NCBI GenBank assembly: GCA_000934665.2
Contig: JYFJ02001272.1
Span: 62,001-84,984, forward strand
Direction of reading: 5' to 3'
Length of the DNA: 22,984 nucleotides
Origin: Catajapyx aquilonaris
Taxonomy: Eukaryota
Shown: in pieces, positions 1 through 12,117 of the stretch
Numbering within the stretch: position 1 is the first letter of the stretch
Layout of the letters: each line of letters opens with the position of its first letter
The notes under the pieces: generated by a model
What the model saw: the letters and a program-made list of their open reading frames with translations, nothing else
Told to the model about the DNA's origin: nothing
Database searches by the model: none
Program-made: the position numbers and the translations under genes

Positions 1-699
1 TTCGACTTTCACTGCGCAATGAGCCTGCGGAAATACAACATTTGCAATCAAACTTACACCTTGAGGCGGATAATTCAGATTTAAAGCAATAAAGGTGGCA
101 AAAATTGAAACGGTTTTGATAAAATCGACATTCAGAAAGGGCAATTTGTCTTATATGGAGAAATACGTCCCCTACACATGATAAATTTTTTCAGGCGCAA
201 TCGACTAAACTTATCAAAACATATAGACCTACTGTAGAATAACAACATACTTATACAGTACAATATAATAAAATAATAAAATAGCGACTTTTACAACATC
301 AACAGTTATTAACGAACTATAGCTTGTAATGCCAATACAATACTATTATAAGGTATAGTGTTTCAAATGAGGTTAATTTCCTGCCGATTAGATGATATAT
401 ATTCGAGCACGTAATTCCTCACCACTTCCCGTACGAGAATTAATGGCTTAGCGTGTCGGTACAGTACTTCGCATCTCCTGAAAGATATGAAGAAAAATGA
501 AAAACCACATCGGATTTCGCATCCAGCCCCCTTCAATTACCGCCCAGATAGTGCATAACAGCCCTCCGCTGTAACTGCACCTGCTGTCAGGTAAAAAGCT
601 CCCCCATAGATATGCAAATATCCTGGCAGGGAACAAAACGCTGAAAAGGGGCATACAGTCAGGAAGAAAGGGTTCCCGTTCAAGTCACTTCCTGGCCAG

Positions 700-930
700 A
701 GCCCACTTAGGCAATGGACCAGATATGGACCTCCAGTTGGATAAAATACACTGTCCTTCCTTGTCTGAATAAAAATGTCGCAATGGTCAACGGTCCCTTA
801 ACACACGAGCACCTTTCCACACGCCTGCGACCTTTGACCGGCGACGGGACGCATTCGGGTTACTGCAGCATGCGTGAGACTGACCTCCATATTTCTGTAG
901 GTAATAATGGTGGGAATTGGCCCGACCTGA
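700..930 (+). mobile_element. Possible decayed non-LTR retrotransposon ORF2 C-terminal (zf-RVT-like) fragment
   Basis: The translation QIWTS…VNGPLT…RL…GYCSMRETDLHI loosely resembles the W..IW…LPT..RL…CxxC…ETxxHI pattern; some cysteines are missing. Confidence 0.28.
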
Positions 931-3608
931 TGACTCTCGGAACCCCCTCTTTCCTCCCCATAATATACCTATATGTGTATGTGGGACACCAAACTCTTTC
1001 ACCCAATGGAGACCTGGCACTTTAAAAAAAATGGAGGCGATCAAAGGGTGCATGCACAGTGTGTTGAATAATGGGATAGTTATACAAGAGTATCAAATTA
1101 GGGAAAGTAGCTGTATGAGATGTCAAAGGTTAACGGAAGCAAGGATATATGCGATTACATAATGCTTGGATAAAGACGTGCATTGCAGTAATTTATTACC
1201 AAGAATCAATGCCAAATACGGATAGCAATTCATCACAACAGAATTATAATGAATGGACGTCATTAATGTATTAATTGGCTAGATTTTAACAACTCTGTTC
1301 CAGCCGGCCATTTATTCAACTGCTGCCCCATCATATAGGTCAAAGAAGGTTGTAGTCAACATTGGTGACCAGCATTGAGGCAAGTGACACTAATGAGTAC
1401 GATTTCTAACATAATCCTCCCCCTCCCCCACCTCCCCGTCAGCAATGAGAAGTCCAAGCAACTTGTAACTGAATTGACAAAAAATGAATAACTTATACGT
1501 ACTACAGTATTACAAGTGAATAATTTTGCGACAAAATAGCTATTAATAAACTGTATGTACATTTGCAAAAAAAACTCGTTTTGCAGCAAAATTTTTGAAT
1601 TATTATTTACTCATATAAAATGCCATGCACATCAGTGCAGGTTACTAATTAATTATTTTTTACTGTATTATGTAGCAATGAGCTATACACTCAATAAAGC
1701 TATTAGAAAGAGTATCAAACCTCATAGAATTTGCACTATTTTCTTGTAAACAACGAACGTCGCCGTTCGCCTAATACCGTACTATATTATGTAATAATTA
1801 CGCTTGATATCAAAACCTGGTGAAATTCTTACACAACCCTAATGTTATTGTTCTATAAAAACAATAGTGTCCTACCAAGTTTGCCTATCTAATAACATGA
1901 TTGTTTTTGGATGGCAAAGACCATTTGCTTATCTTATGCTAACTCATTACTAACAGTTCAACAGGCAGGCGAATAAGAAGTAACATTTAATTGCACCACA
2001 TGTTCGTTCGTGGTATCAATGAAACAAAGAGCATCATGCTTGACCCTGGTGTAATACTGAATTGATCATAGATCTTCTTTAATAGGTCGGCATACAGTAC
2101 AGGTGGCAGGAGTAGGCTTGTGGAGCGGATTATACAATAATGCATGACCTAGTACTTTCTCGAAGCATTACCTGGATTACCGTTCGATATGCCCTTCTTC
2201 TGGGATAACTCACTGGGAAGGACGTGCGTGCCTTGCATTTTGCCTACTTACGCAGGATAAACTGGGTTCATCCAAGTGCCACACGGAGAGTAACTTTCCC
2301 CAAACTAATAGATCTGCCGATGTCTTAATATTACTGTAAGAATACAATGTTTGGCATACTCGATCAGGTTACAGAAGATTGCACAAAGTTTATATGACCC
2401 AAAAAGGCCCGTCTCGAAAGTGAGCAACATGCCAGACAAGTTACGCTGCAAATTTTTGCATACTATAAAAGCTGAGGAAAAACCCGATAAGTTATTGGCG
2501 CAATCAATGCAATAATGGTGCGAATTCCTCTGTCCCCACAGGCACTGAAAGGAAGCAACTTGTCCAGGAAGAGAACTAGTGCGCAGCATCATCCTGCAGC
2601 AACAATTCTTCCGCATTTTCTTTATTGAGGAACAGTCTTCGCCGGTACTGCATATCCTCAGATAAAAGACATTCGCACGGGAAAAAGCTATTTCCGCGAT
2701 GACTATGTGCAAAGCAATAGTCGCGGAACCACTCGTTCATTACTTTTTATGCAATCAGCCGGGTCTTATTCATTCGCACAATATAGAGGTTGCTGAACTT
2801 CCCAACCCCAGAAATAACTTCAAATAGAAGTAAATAAGTGTATGTATAAAGTGCAATAATATAAACTATAGTTTCTGGAGTGAACAATGGCCCTTCCCAC
2901 CCCTCCGAATTTGGGATTGAACAATACACCATCATGTACTAGGTTTATTTATTTATTTATTTTATTACCATGTGATCAGACCATGTAGGGGGACACTCCG
3001 AGGGACACTCACTCCATTTTACATATAACTTACTGTACTGTACATTTAATTGAACAATGAAAATGGTAAGAAATAGAGTGTCAGAGGAAAATTAATGCAC
3101 TTTGCACAGACTGTAGGCTTGACTGATCCATGGTGTACAAACAAGGCAATAAGGAAACATCGAGTATACGCAAACGACCAGAAAATTTTTCGAGGTGAAA
3201 TTTCGCAGCCATAACGAGTTACGTAACTTAATTGAAGCAAAACACTTGTATAGATGTATAGACCAGTAGCTTGGCCACGAGGCATACAAATTATTCCTAT
3301 TAGAGCAGTTGGCGTGGCCGGATATCACATTCAGGGATAGTGCTAGAGCTAGTGCACAGTTGGCAGGTGCGTGATCGGTTGTTCCGAATCCCCCCGGATG
3401 ACGGTGAAAGTAGAGAGCAAACTGTGAGTGAGTAGGAGGCAACACATCATACAGAATACAACTCTCTCCGCATTGGGGCAGGCGTCATTCCAGTCGAGGT
3501 CATCTGTTGGCTATCTACAGCACCTCAAGACAATAACACATTTCTTCTCCTCAAGATTGAGATGCTGCACGTCCGGACAGCATCTCATCACTGGCGTCCG
3601 TCTCTATA

Positions 3609-3671
3609 ATGACAACTTCTAGGCATCTGTACACCTCATTGCCTCAGGAAGATGGCGAGAATTCGCGAGTG
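3609..3671 (+). CDS. Candidate alternative first exon of DPP4 (MTTSRHLYTSLPQEDGENSRV)
   Basis: ATG, 21 open codons and a GTGAGT donor at 3672, phase 0 compatible with exon 2. Inr-like TCATTC at 3485-3490. Confidence 0.5.
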
Positions 3672-4577
3672 GTGAGTACAACAACGCAAAAGTGAAAGTA
3701 CTTGCCAAAATATACCAGTTGAAGTGAGTGGCGTAGCCGGGTCTGCCCTCTGCAGGCGACTTTGAAAAGTTCGGAGTTCAAGTTTCACATGTTAGGTGGC
3801 ATGCTTCTACTCGTGCGCAATGAACGTCCCTTTACAGTACAGATGTTGTACAGTAGCTTACATTATTACATGGTGTGTCAATGCAAATTGCAGGCGTTTC
3901 AAACGCGAATTATCCGGCTGGCTGGAAATTGCTAAATTTATTGCCCAACATTTCAATCCATGCTGAGCAGTTTCGCTTTGGTGCAGTGCATGCATCAGGA
4001 GAAGGAAAAAGCAGTAAAAAGTTTATAACTGCTCTAATGCCCATACTGTGACCATGATATGTTTACTCCCAACTCACTTTCCTTATTTTGAACTGTGGCC
4101 GTGACTCGGAATTAATTTTCTCCACGAGCAGGTGTGCCCCAACATGGAATAAATTACCACTCCTCTGGGTACAATACCAGCCATATATACTGGAGGGATC
4201 GTTGGTGCTTGACCTTTCAGACGAGATCCCGAATTTAAAGCATTGCGTGGCCAATTTGTCGCATTTCTGTACCAAGACGACAAACCGGATTAGTTAAATT
4301 GGCAGGAAATCACATTTGGAGGATGCGACGTTGACGTCACCAGTTGACACGGCAGTAGATGCGCATGAAAATACACGCCGATCCGTGGCACGGAAATCAT
4401 ATACAAAAAAAATTTCTCCCAGCACGAAAATATGTCACACTTTCATGCCAACCGTCATGCACGACTCGAAAAACCAGTCGCATCTGATGGCAATAAACTG
4501 ACGGAATAACCAAGATGCAGGCCCTTCATTCCTCGTTCAAGCTATTCTTCGGTGCGATGTCACTGATTTAACAATCA

Positions 4578-4604
4578 ATGGATTCACAATATGCAGAGAG
4601 TGAG
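4578..4604 (+). CDS. Candidate alternative first exon of DPP4 (MDSQYAESE)
   Basis: caATG, 9 codons, GAG|GTAATT donor, phase 0. Inr-like TCATTC at 4526-4531 and a CRE at 4332-4339. Confidence 0.35.
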
Positions 4605-4615
4605 GTAATTATTTC

Positions 4616-4659
4616 GTATTGTTGGTTGACAATTTGCAACCTGTGGCAACCAACAATAC
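4616..4659. repeat. 13-bp inverted repeat hairpin
   Basis: GTATTGTTGGTTG (4616-4628) and CAACCAACAATAC (4647-4659). Confidence 0.75.
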
Positions 4660-5446
4660 AAGAGCGTCCAGATTTTAGGGTCACCCTGTATTTGAAAAGG
4701 TGACATCACACGATTTTAAACAACTTGAAGTTACACAACGAATTCAGCTCCCAAGTGTCAACCACATCCTTCGATGGCCTTCCTTTCTCGAAGCCGTCTT
4801 ATCAAGTGGATTTCGTATCAAGAAAGGGGCATAACGGAACCGCGAATATTAGGCAGAGTAACGGTACTTCCAAAGTGGAGGTCGGTGTTTGTCGGAGGGG
4901 CAGTCTTCCTTTCGTATGATCGTACCTAGCGACCTTGGGATAGGACGTAAAAGAAAGAGGTTGCTGGATGCAGATGCTCCACATTCCGTTGGCCTCAATC
5001 ATGCAAATTGCCACTGGTAAACATTATTTTTTTCACACCTGTCCTCGCATGATTTGGTCCGACACTTTCAAGTAACTGCACATTACAGTCCAAAAAACGG
5101 CTTTTGTGCCGCACCGGTGTATGTACGGAATAACTTTCACGTCGCACGCGAGCCAATTGGGAGAGATTAGAGGGCAGTGTTATCCGGCCAAGGTCCCAGC
5201 TGCCAATGAGAGCTTGGGCAGATAGGCCTACACTGTTGGAAATTGGTCACTATCTGCCTGATGGAAATTGGAATAGCCAGCAGGAAGAGGCGTTTGACGT
5301 TTTTTTTTATATATCAAGAGTTGGCGGGGGCAGGCAAAGGGGGGTGGGAAGGTAGATTGTGGGGAGGGTGGGTGGGGGAAAATCCGGGTCGGAAAGACCA
5401 GACCAGGTTTAGGTTGGTTTGTTGAGAAGAACGCGGCAGGTTCAGG

Positions 5447-5476
5447 ATGGAGCTGGGAGAGAAGGATGAAACCAAG
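5447..5476 (+). CDS. Candidate alternative first exon of DPP4 (MELGEKDETK)
   Basis: ATGG start, 10 codons, consensus AAG|GTGAGT donor, phase 0. TATA-like run near 5308 and a G-rich leader. Confidence 0.5.
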
Positions 5477-8156
5477 GTGAGTTGGCTGCATACATAAGGA
5501 CCTACTTGCAAATAACTTGGTTGGAAAATTGTTTGTGAATTTGCATGTGCGTGATTGAAAATCCGGCACCGATCATGCATGTAGGAGTGGCCAGAAGGAA
5601 AGCGTGAGTCAACAGGCAAATTTCGCGATTTTCACACGGACTTTTCCTTATTGAAATTGCATACTGGAATAGATTGTCGCCGCTGAAGTTACTGTGACGT
5701 TGTGTCGGATATTGGCTTTTAAGGGCAATATTCAAAGGAGGCCATATAGTTAAAATACATACTCAAATGAACAAAAATATCTATATACAAATAACCTGCA
5801 ACCTGTCTACAGTGAAGTAGCTCTATTCCACAAATATTTCCCGCACTGAACAAGTATCGGAAGCAGAAAAACAATTCGCCAGGACGTAATAAAATTCTCT
5901 TATTAGCCAACATTCCGATGTGTCCAGGTCAGTTTGCAGGTAGTGGCATTGTACTGAAGGGGTATTTGTGTGGATTAGGTACTACTTTTGGCGCGTACTT
6001 CTAATCAAAAAATACCGATACCGATTGAAAACATCAACATGCTCTAGTCGCGACCTGATAAGGAATTTGCCGCAAGTTACACATCCTCTTCTAGAAGGGC
6101 AGATAACACGTCTACCTACACAACATGCAGGTATGATGTGCACATAGTAACCGACTATTCAATAGCATGACCTCGCAGCAATGCCTCGCTGGTCTTGTCT
6201 ATACCGGAGTTTCAAAATGATTCAGACAAACTTCTGTAGGTAAACTCCAGGACTCCCAAGGATCAACAACTGTAGACTCCGCAGTGGTTCCTCAGATAAT
6301 TAACATTAATCAAAGAGTATAAATTTTACCATCTCATATTTGGCGGTACAACTATCATGTCCACCTAAGGGGATTTGAAAAGATTGCACAGAGGGATGCA
6401 TACTTTTCAGGATCTTTTATTCCTTTTGTTTGAAGCTCATTATATCATGCTCATGGGGGCTAATTGTAAGACAAAATGACACCTCTATATACGTAAAGTG
6501 ATTCTCTCGTCTCCAAAAGTTCACCCTATGAGTAGTTAGTCTGAATCATTACGAAACGCCTTGAATACCAGTAGCCTGCAATTCAGGCAGTAAAACATAC
6601 CATTTTACCACGGGTGTATATAGCGAGACGCATTCGGTACTGTTCCCCTCCACCAACAATGAACCCCATGATTAACCCACTTCACACTCATTACCAAGAG
6701 TTACTGCTGACCTTCACACCGATTCTGCAAAATAATGTATGATGGTGGGGCACCCATATAATCCGGCAATAAAGCCAACCCCAAAACGACTCTAGAGGCA
6801 GGCAGAGTGTATTATTATTGGGCCAAAGTGGACGAAATGTTCCATGCAGACGGGCAGGAAGTCTTGGGGAAATCCCAGCTCATTAGGATTAACAAGGTCC
6901 AATGTTGAGGTTCTTCTTGACCATGGACGAATGCATGAAATGGGGCCTGATTATTCCGAGTGCTTACTCTGATTAAGCGGGGACAGCTGGTGTACAATTC
7001 TTTCTTGCTGTTTCGTCAAGTGTCATTTACAGATTACAGACTTGAACTGCAGGTGAAGTCCAATGCTTGAACCACACTTGAACCTGACCTCATCAAGTCT
7101 CGTTAGGGTTGCATCCCTGCACGGAACTAATGGAGAACTTGTGTGACAAATTTCGCGCACTGCACAGTCACTTCCGTTAAAGGTATGTCGAATCAGGGTG
7201 TGGTCTCTTTGAAGGTACATCAACCCACATTAATAATGCTCCCTTGTCGCAAGATTAATCGTAAAACTGGAAGCATTCGTATTGCTCTTTACGTCAGCCT
7301 GCTGCTGGCTTGGTTCTCCTTGGCTCATTGCTTGCAATTTATTTATTCGCAACTTTATGCTCCGTCTGAATCATTACGAGTGATCAAGGCGTAAATATTT
7401 ATTGCGGTTACAGACGTACAAAATAATGTCACTTATTTACGCCTTGTAAGTTGCAATGAATGATACAGTGGAATATGCAAAACATATTGATAGATCACAT
7501 TCTGCACGATAGTGTACGGTACACTCCGCACATTATACCCACTGCACTACTGCATCCCAATGGCAGATTTCAGTTCCTGTGAGGAAGTCCTACTTACTGT
7601 GGCACATGTACTACATTAAGTAGGGTTCCCAGATATTAATGAACATGTGCTAATAGATTGCGTAACAAATCCACTTGGCGATGACTAATACGTTTCTAAC
7701 ATGATAATCCGTAACAGCTGAGGGCCTAGTTTTCGGATCAATGACTTCCGTCGCGTCGGCGAGGAACTTTCATTCCTATACTCAACAAGCACAATTTAAT
7801 TCGTGGTCAGGGTGATTATTTAGCAGCAGAAGCGATGGACAGCGGTGCAGTAGGTCAGAAGAGCGTGAGATATGGTTTGCGCAGGTGACGTCTGCGAATG
7901 CACTCAACCCTGGCTATTCACATTATGCAAGTCAGCCACCCTAATGCCTTCAGACAGAAATTGCGACTGTCTTTTATCAGTGACCCACATGGTGGATGTT
8001 GCTAAATTATGTTGTTCATTCTGACCTCATATTATTATTGGGTAGATGCTACCAAATGCTACCCAAGCAGACAAGAATATCCACTGATTTTATTTATTGA
8101 CCTATCACCACCACAAAGGATTTTGATCAAAATACCACACACAATAGAATATTTTC

Positions 8157-8227
8157 CCGACATTCGGCTAACAATAATATTCACTGACGGATTCTGTCAG
8201 TGAATATTATTGTTAGCCGAATGTCGG
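8157..8227. repeat. Perfect 32-bp inverted repeat with a 7-nt spacer (fold-back/MITE-like)
   Basis: CCGACATTCGGCTAACAATAATATTCACTGAC (8157-8188) and its exact reverse complement (8196-8227). Confidence 0.9.
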
Positions 8228-8825
8228 AAAAATAAATTGCACACGATTCCTGAATATAAGCAAAGGATTCATCATTATTATTGCCGGGTTGCTATATGAA
8301 TTTCAAGTAGACAGTATGTGGGTACAGACGTACAGTTCAGAAAAATGTCAATCACCTTACACCTGCGTGGTACTGCACAGTCCAAGTCCACAGTCCGAAA
8401 GAAGAAGATAATTGCTAGCTCCCGCAACCAGAAAGCCATAATTAATAATCACAAGTGAATGTTGATTACTTTCTTTTTTCCTGCTGGGATAAACATTCCA
8501 TAACTTGTTCGACTGTGGACTGCATGAGTACTGCACCACCCTGTATAAAAGACTCTAAGTTTAGAGTGCAACGTGTCTAATTTAAATTATGTATGCAAAT
8601 GACGTACTATAGTCGGCCCGATTTAGCAAAATAAATCTGACCCGTATAAAAACCAATGACGCAATTGGACTAATCAATGACATCGTGGTTCAGAGTGATC
8701 GGAGTAAACAAGGTCCAATGACCGCAGCCAATTTCGCAATTCATGTCAACAAACATAAGCAAGCTGTCCGCTGAAGAAGAAAACAGTCCGTAGATTTCAT
8801 CTGGCCAGAGCATATTTGCCCCGAG

Positions 8826-8870
8826 ATGGAACCCACTCACGATGCCACGGTCTTGATTAACTCCTCAAAG
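8826..8870 (+). CDS. Candidate alternative first exon of DPP4 (MEPTHDATVLINSSK)
   Basis: gagATGg start, 15 codons, AAG|GTAGGA donor, phase 0. TATAAA at 8645-8650. Confidence 0.4.
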
Positions 8871-11467
8871 GTAGGACGAACTAACTGACATTTGACATTA
8901 TATACCATGGGTGTCCAGGCATGCAGAGGTCAATTGAATTATTGAAACAGCAATGCGTTGTGGGTTGCGAATATATAATGTTGCAATAGCCTACGCTGAG
9001 CCAAGATGTCAGAGCTGTATCGTAACCTCGCATATAAGATTGATCATTAGCATACAATCACCTTTCAAAATGAGGTCCAATAGATAAAACCAACGCCTGC
9101 AAAATGATAGAGTGCTTCATTCAATATATGATGCATACTTGTAGTCGTCATGTCAATCTGAAGATTAACGGTGGTAATTATTATCATCTTATTAACCCTC
9201 ACATGTGCTATAAAACAGCTATATAGGAACTTCTCTCAACTTGCAAGTCTCGACTGATTCACGCTGGCAAGAGAGATAAGTAAGTGACGCCAATGTGACA
9301 GATCGTGACGTGAGGTAGGGAAGGGTTCTGTCAAGAGTGACAATCACGCTCGTAAGTTACATTAAAACAATGAAAATAAAAAATTTGGGTAGTAATTTGG
9401 CCGACAAATGTCCTATCTCTTCAACAACGGACATTACCGTACATACTTGTAGACTTATTGCGTGCATGACATGAAAATGAAGGGATAGGTGCCAAAAAAA
9501 TCCGAACGTCAGCGTGACATACTTTATAAAATACCCCTTACTCATAAGATACACTGCTTTGCTATCTGCCCTTTATTCATTTTACAAACATCGCCCCGTT
9601 ACATTTCACCTCTCTATACCACCCTCTTGAACTGGGAACTTCAGTATACGAGTATACCACCTTGTATGATCGCATCAAGAAGTACGCTACACTTCGGATT
9701 CAGATGAGCAAGCCAGTGAGTAGCCTATACTTATAAACCTGTCGCACTTAAATAACCACTACTGCAATTACTTCAAATATTAATGCGGTGCACCAAAACT
9801 GTGAACGTGGTTAGAAAAACGGGTCACTTTATAGCCTCGAAAGTGGCCATCAGTTCCTATTGAAACTGGGCGTTTGAAATATTATTGCTGTTTCTTCGTG
9901 CCCTTGCGTGGATGCTGAGAATTTTACAGACTAGAGAGCGACTGTGTGCTTAGATAATAATAATAATTGTTACCGTCAGAATTTTTCGCGTGCCGCTTGT
10001 CTTTATTTATACAATATCTGCGACATGAATTGCATGACAGTTGCCTCGAACAGGAACACGCAATTGTTTGACTGGTGCAGATTTTTAAATAAAAAGGAGA
10101 TGGCATAAATTTCGTTACGTAACTATGCAAACGATTCCTTTTGAAGAAAAACATCGTTTGCAGGAAGCACCTTGTCCATATAATATGCATTCTCTCACAA
10201 TTTAGTGTATATTGCGAATAAAGGCAATAATAACCGTGCAGGAAATGAGGACATTTAGGACAAAATTAGATGCGCCATTTATTTGTAAACCCCATCCAAC
10301 TGCGTCAAGATTTCAATATCTCTTTGGAGCGAAGGTCATGAACTCGGCTTTTGCGCAATTAATTATCCAAGAAGTTCCCACTTTTGCTTCAATTTCGATT
10401 ATTCAAATTAGCCTAATAGTACTTATAGTGATTACCCATAATAGCACTGAAATATATTGGATATCCGGTATTTTAAAAGTACTGTTGCAAAACAACCATT
10501 CTAACAAGTGCAGTAATTACGTATCTAATTAGGTCTGAGGACAGACTGCTGTAAATCACCCAAAGGACTATTATAAGCTTGCTATTAATAGAGAAACATC
10601 TATGATTACAAAGTGTTAGTGGCAATCACAGTATTTGAACTCAGCTGTCAATTAATAATCCTCGAGTCTTTTTATCTGAACTGTGAAAAACCTCGTTAGG
10701 AGCGTATTGCTCTTGTGAACACTCCAGATTAGCTCATTATCAGGCCAATCCTCAAATTAGCCAGCGACGAAGCGTGTAACCTTACACGTCTATATGAACC
10801 CTCTCTAAAAGGCTCTTGACAGTATTCAATTTGCTCCAGTGTATTAATAAACCCATGTTGCATCCACGACAGTTAAAAATGGAGCCGGCGAAATCGAAAT
10901 TATTATCTAAGCTTCCTTGTTCACTCTTCTTTTTTTGAGGATCGTCCCGAAAAGAATGAGCGGAGGTGATAGTTTCTCCGTCACGGACACTTTAGCAAAG
11001 GAAAACTGGAGCTCTTTTCCGAGTCCCACAAAAGAACTTTTTGGAGTTGACCTCCTTTCTAAAAAAAATCCCATACGTGATGCCGCAAGGGGAATGACCA
11101 GACCCAATCATTTGTGTATGCATGGTGACATTTTAAGTAAATTCTGCGCAGACTCACGATTCGTATGCTGTGGTACATGGTAAATGTGTGTACATCACGT
11201 CCATTATGGTTTTTTTTTCGAAGAAAGGTGTAACTGGTTGCAATTTTTACATGAGGCCACAAGCCTAATTTTCACAAATTCTGTTTCTTTCCCCTCAGTG
11301 AATATGTCCCAGAAAAAGCTCTGCCGCTCACAGTCAGAGTAGGAAAAAACGGCTCAACCTTTACAATGTCCATAAAACTGGTTTACCACGCCAAGAAACA
11401 CAAGACAAAACTCTTTTTTAGTCCATCGCACTCGTGGGCATGCAACACCAGACGTAACCTGTGACAC

Positions 11468-11468
<1 letters not shown>

Positions 11469-11531
<63 letters not shown>
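11469..11531. repeat. (AAT)21 microsatellite
   Basis: Uninterrupted AAT run of 63 nt. Confidence 0.97.
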
Positions 11532-11853
11532 TCACACCCAGTGAGTCAGCCCAAGTGAACAATACGATTTTTTATATGCACCTGGCATTTTACAAGCGCG
11601 ATATGACCACCCTATTGTTCTATTACAGTAGCTCGTTATTGCTTCTAAAAAAAATTCTACGAATATTTGGCGACGTTGCGCGCTTTTTCCGTGACTTGCC
11701 CTACATTTTGAAAAAACGAGGATGGATTTGATTGAATCTTTCCCCAGCAATTGTTATGATACAATTTGTATATGCTGTGGTTATAACCCTTCGTATAAGT
11801 TAGTGAGAGGAAAGGATTGGAGTTGTCAGCTTCAGAGGGGGAGGGAGAGGGTA

Positions 11854-11950
11854 GTGACGTCACAAATTACGTGCGTGCATTTCCCATCCCCGCCACAAGT
11901 ACAACTACAGCCTCGGCAGTGAGGCCCGAAGGCGAAATCTCAGTTCAGTG
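11854..11950 (+). promoter_or_regulatory. Putative proximal DPP4 promoter (CRE palindrome plus arthropod initiator)
   Basis: GTGACGTCAC at 11854-11863 and TCAGTT (TCAKTY Inr consensus) at 11940-11945, about 120 nt before the ATG at 12064. Confidence 0.45.
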
Positions 11951-12063
11951 GAGGGGCTGGGGCAGGAGGGAATGGTGCCTTCGTGATTACAGTGCAGAAG
12001 TGAACCAACTTGTAAAAAAAAAAAGAAAGAAAGAAGGGACGCAGAGGACTTGGAAAACTAACC

Positions 12064-12117
12064 ATGGTGTCTCTGGACGGATCCAGGAATTCGTATGATC
12101 TCTCCAAAAGCAACCAA
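12064..12117 (+). CDS. DPP4: DPP4 proximal first coding exon (MVSLDGSRNSYDLSKSNQ)
   Basis: aaccATGg start, 18 open codons, then a GTGAGT donor at 12118. Phase 0 matches the acceptor at 12814 (…SNQ|ELV…). Confidence 0.75.

Noticed and set aside
2943..2967. (TTTA)n tract as a retroelement tail
   Set aside because: No TSD or recognisable element body next to it.
6125..6130. MQ micro first exon (caacATGCAG|GTATGA); similarly MLWYM at 11165-11179
   Set aside because: Phase 0, but too short or too weak a donor to distinguish from chance.
448..11922. Many 60-135 aa ORFs in the upstream region
   Set aside because: No recognisable domains, many non-ATG starts, and lengths expected by chance; only the weak LINE-like fragment was kept.
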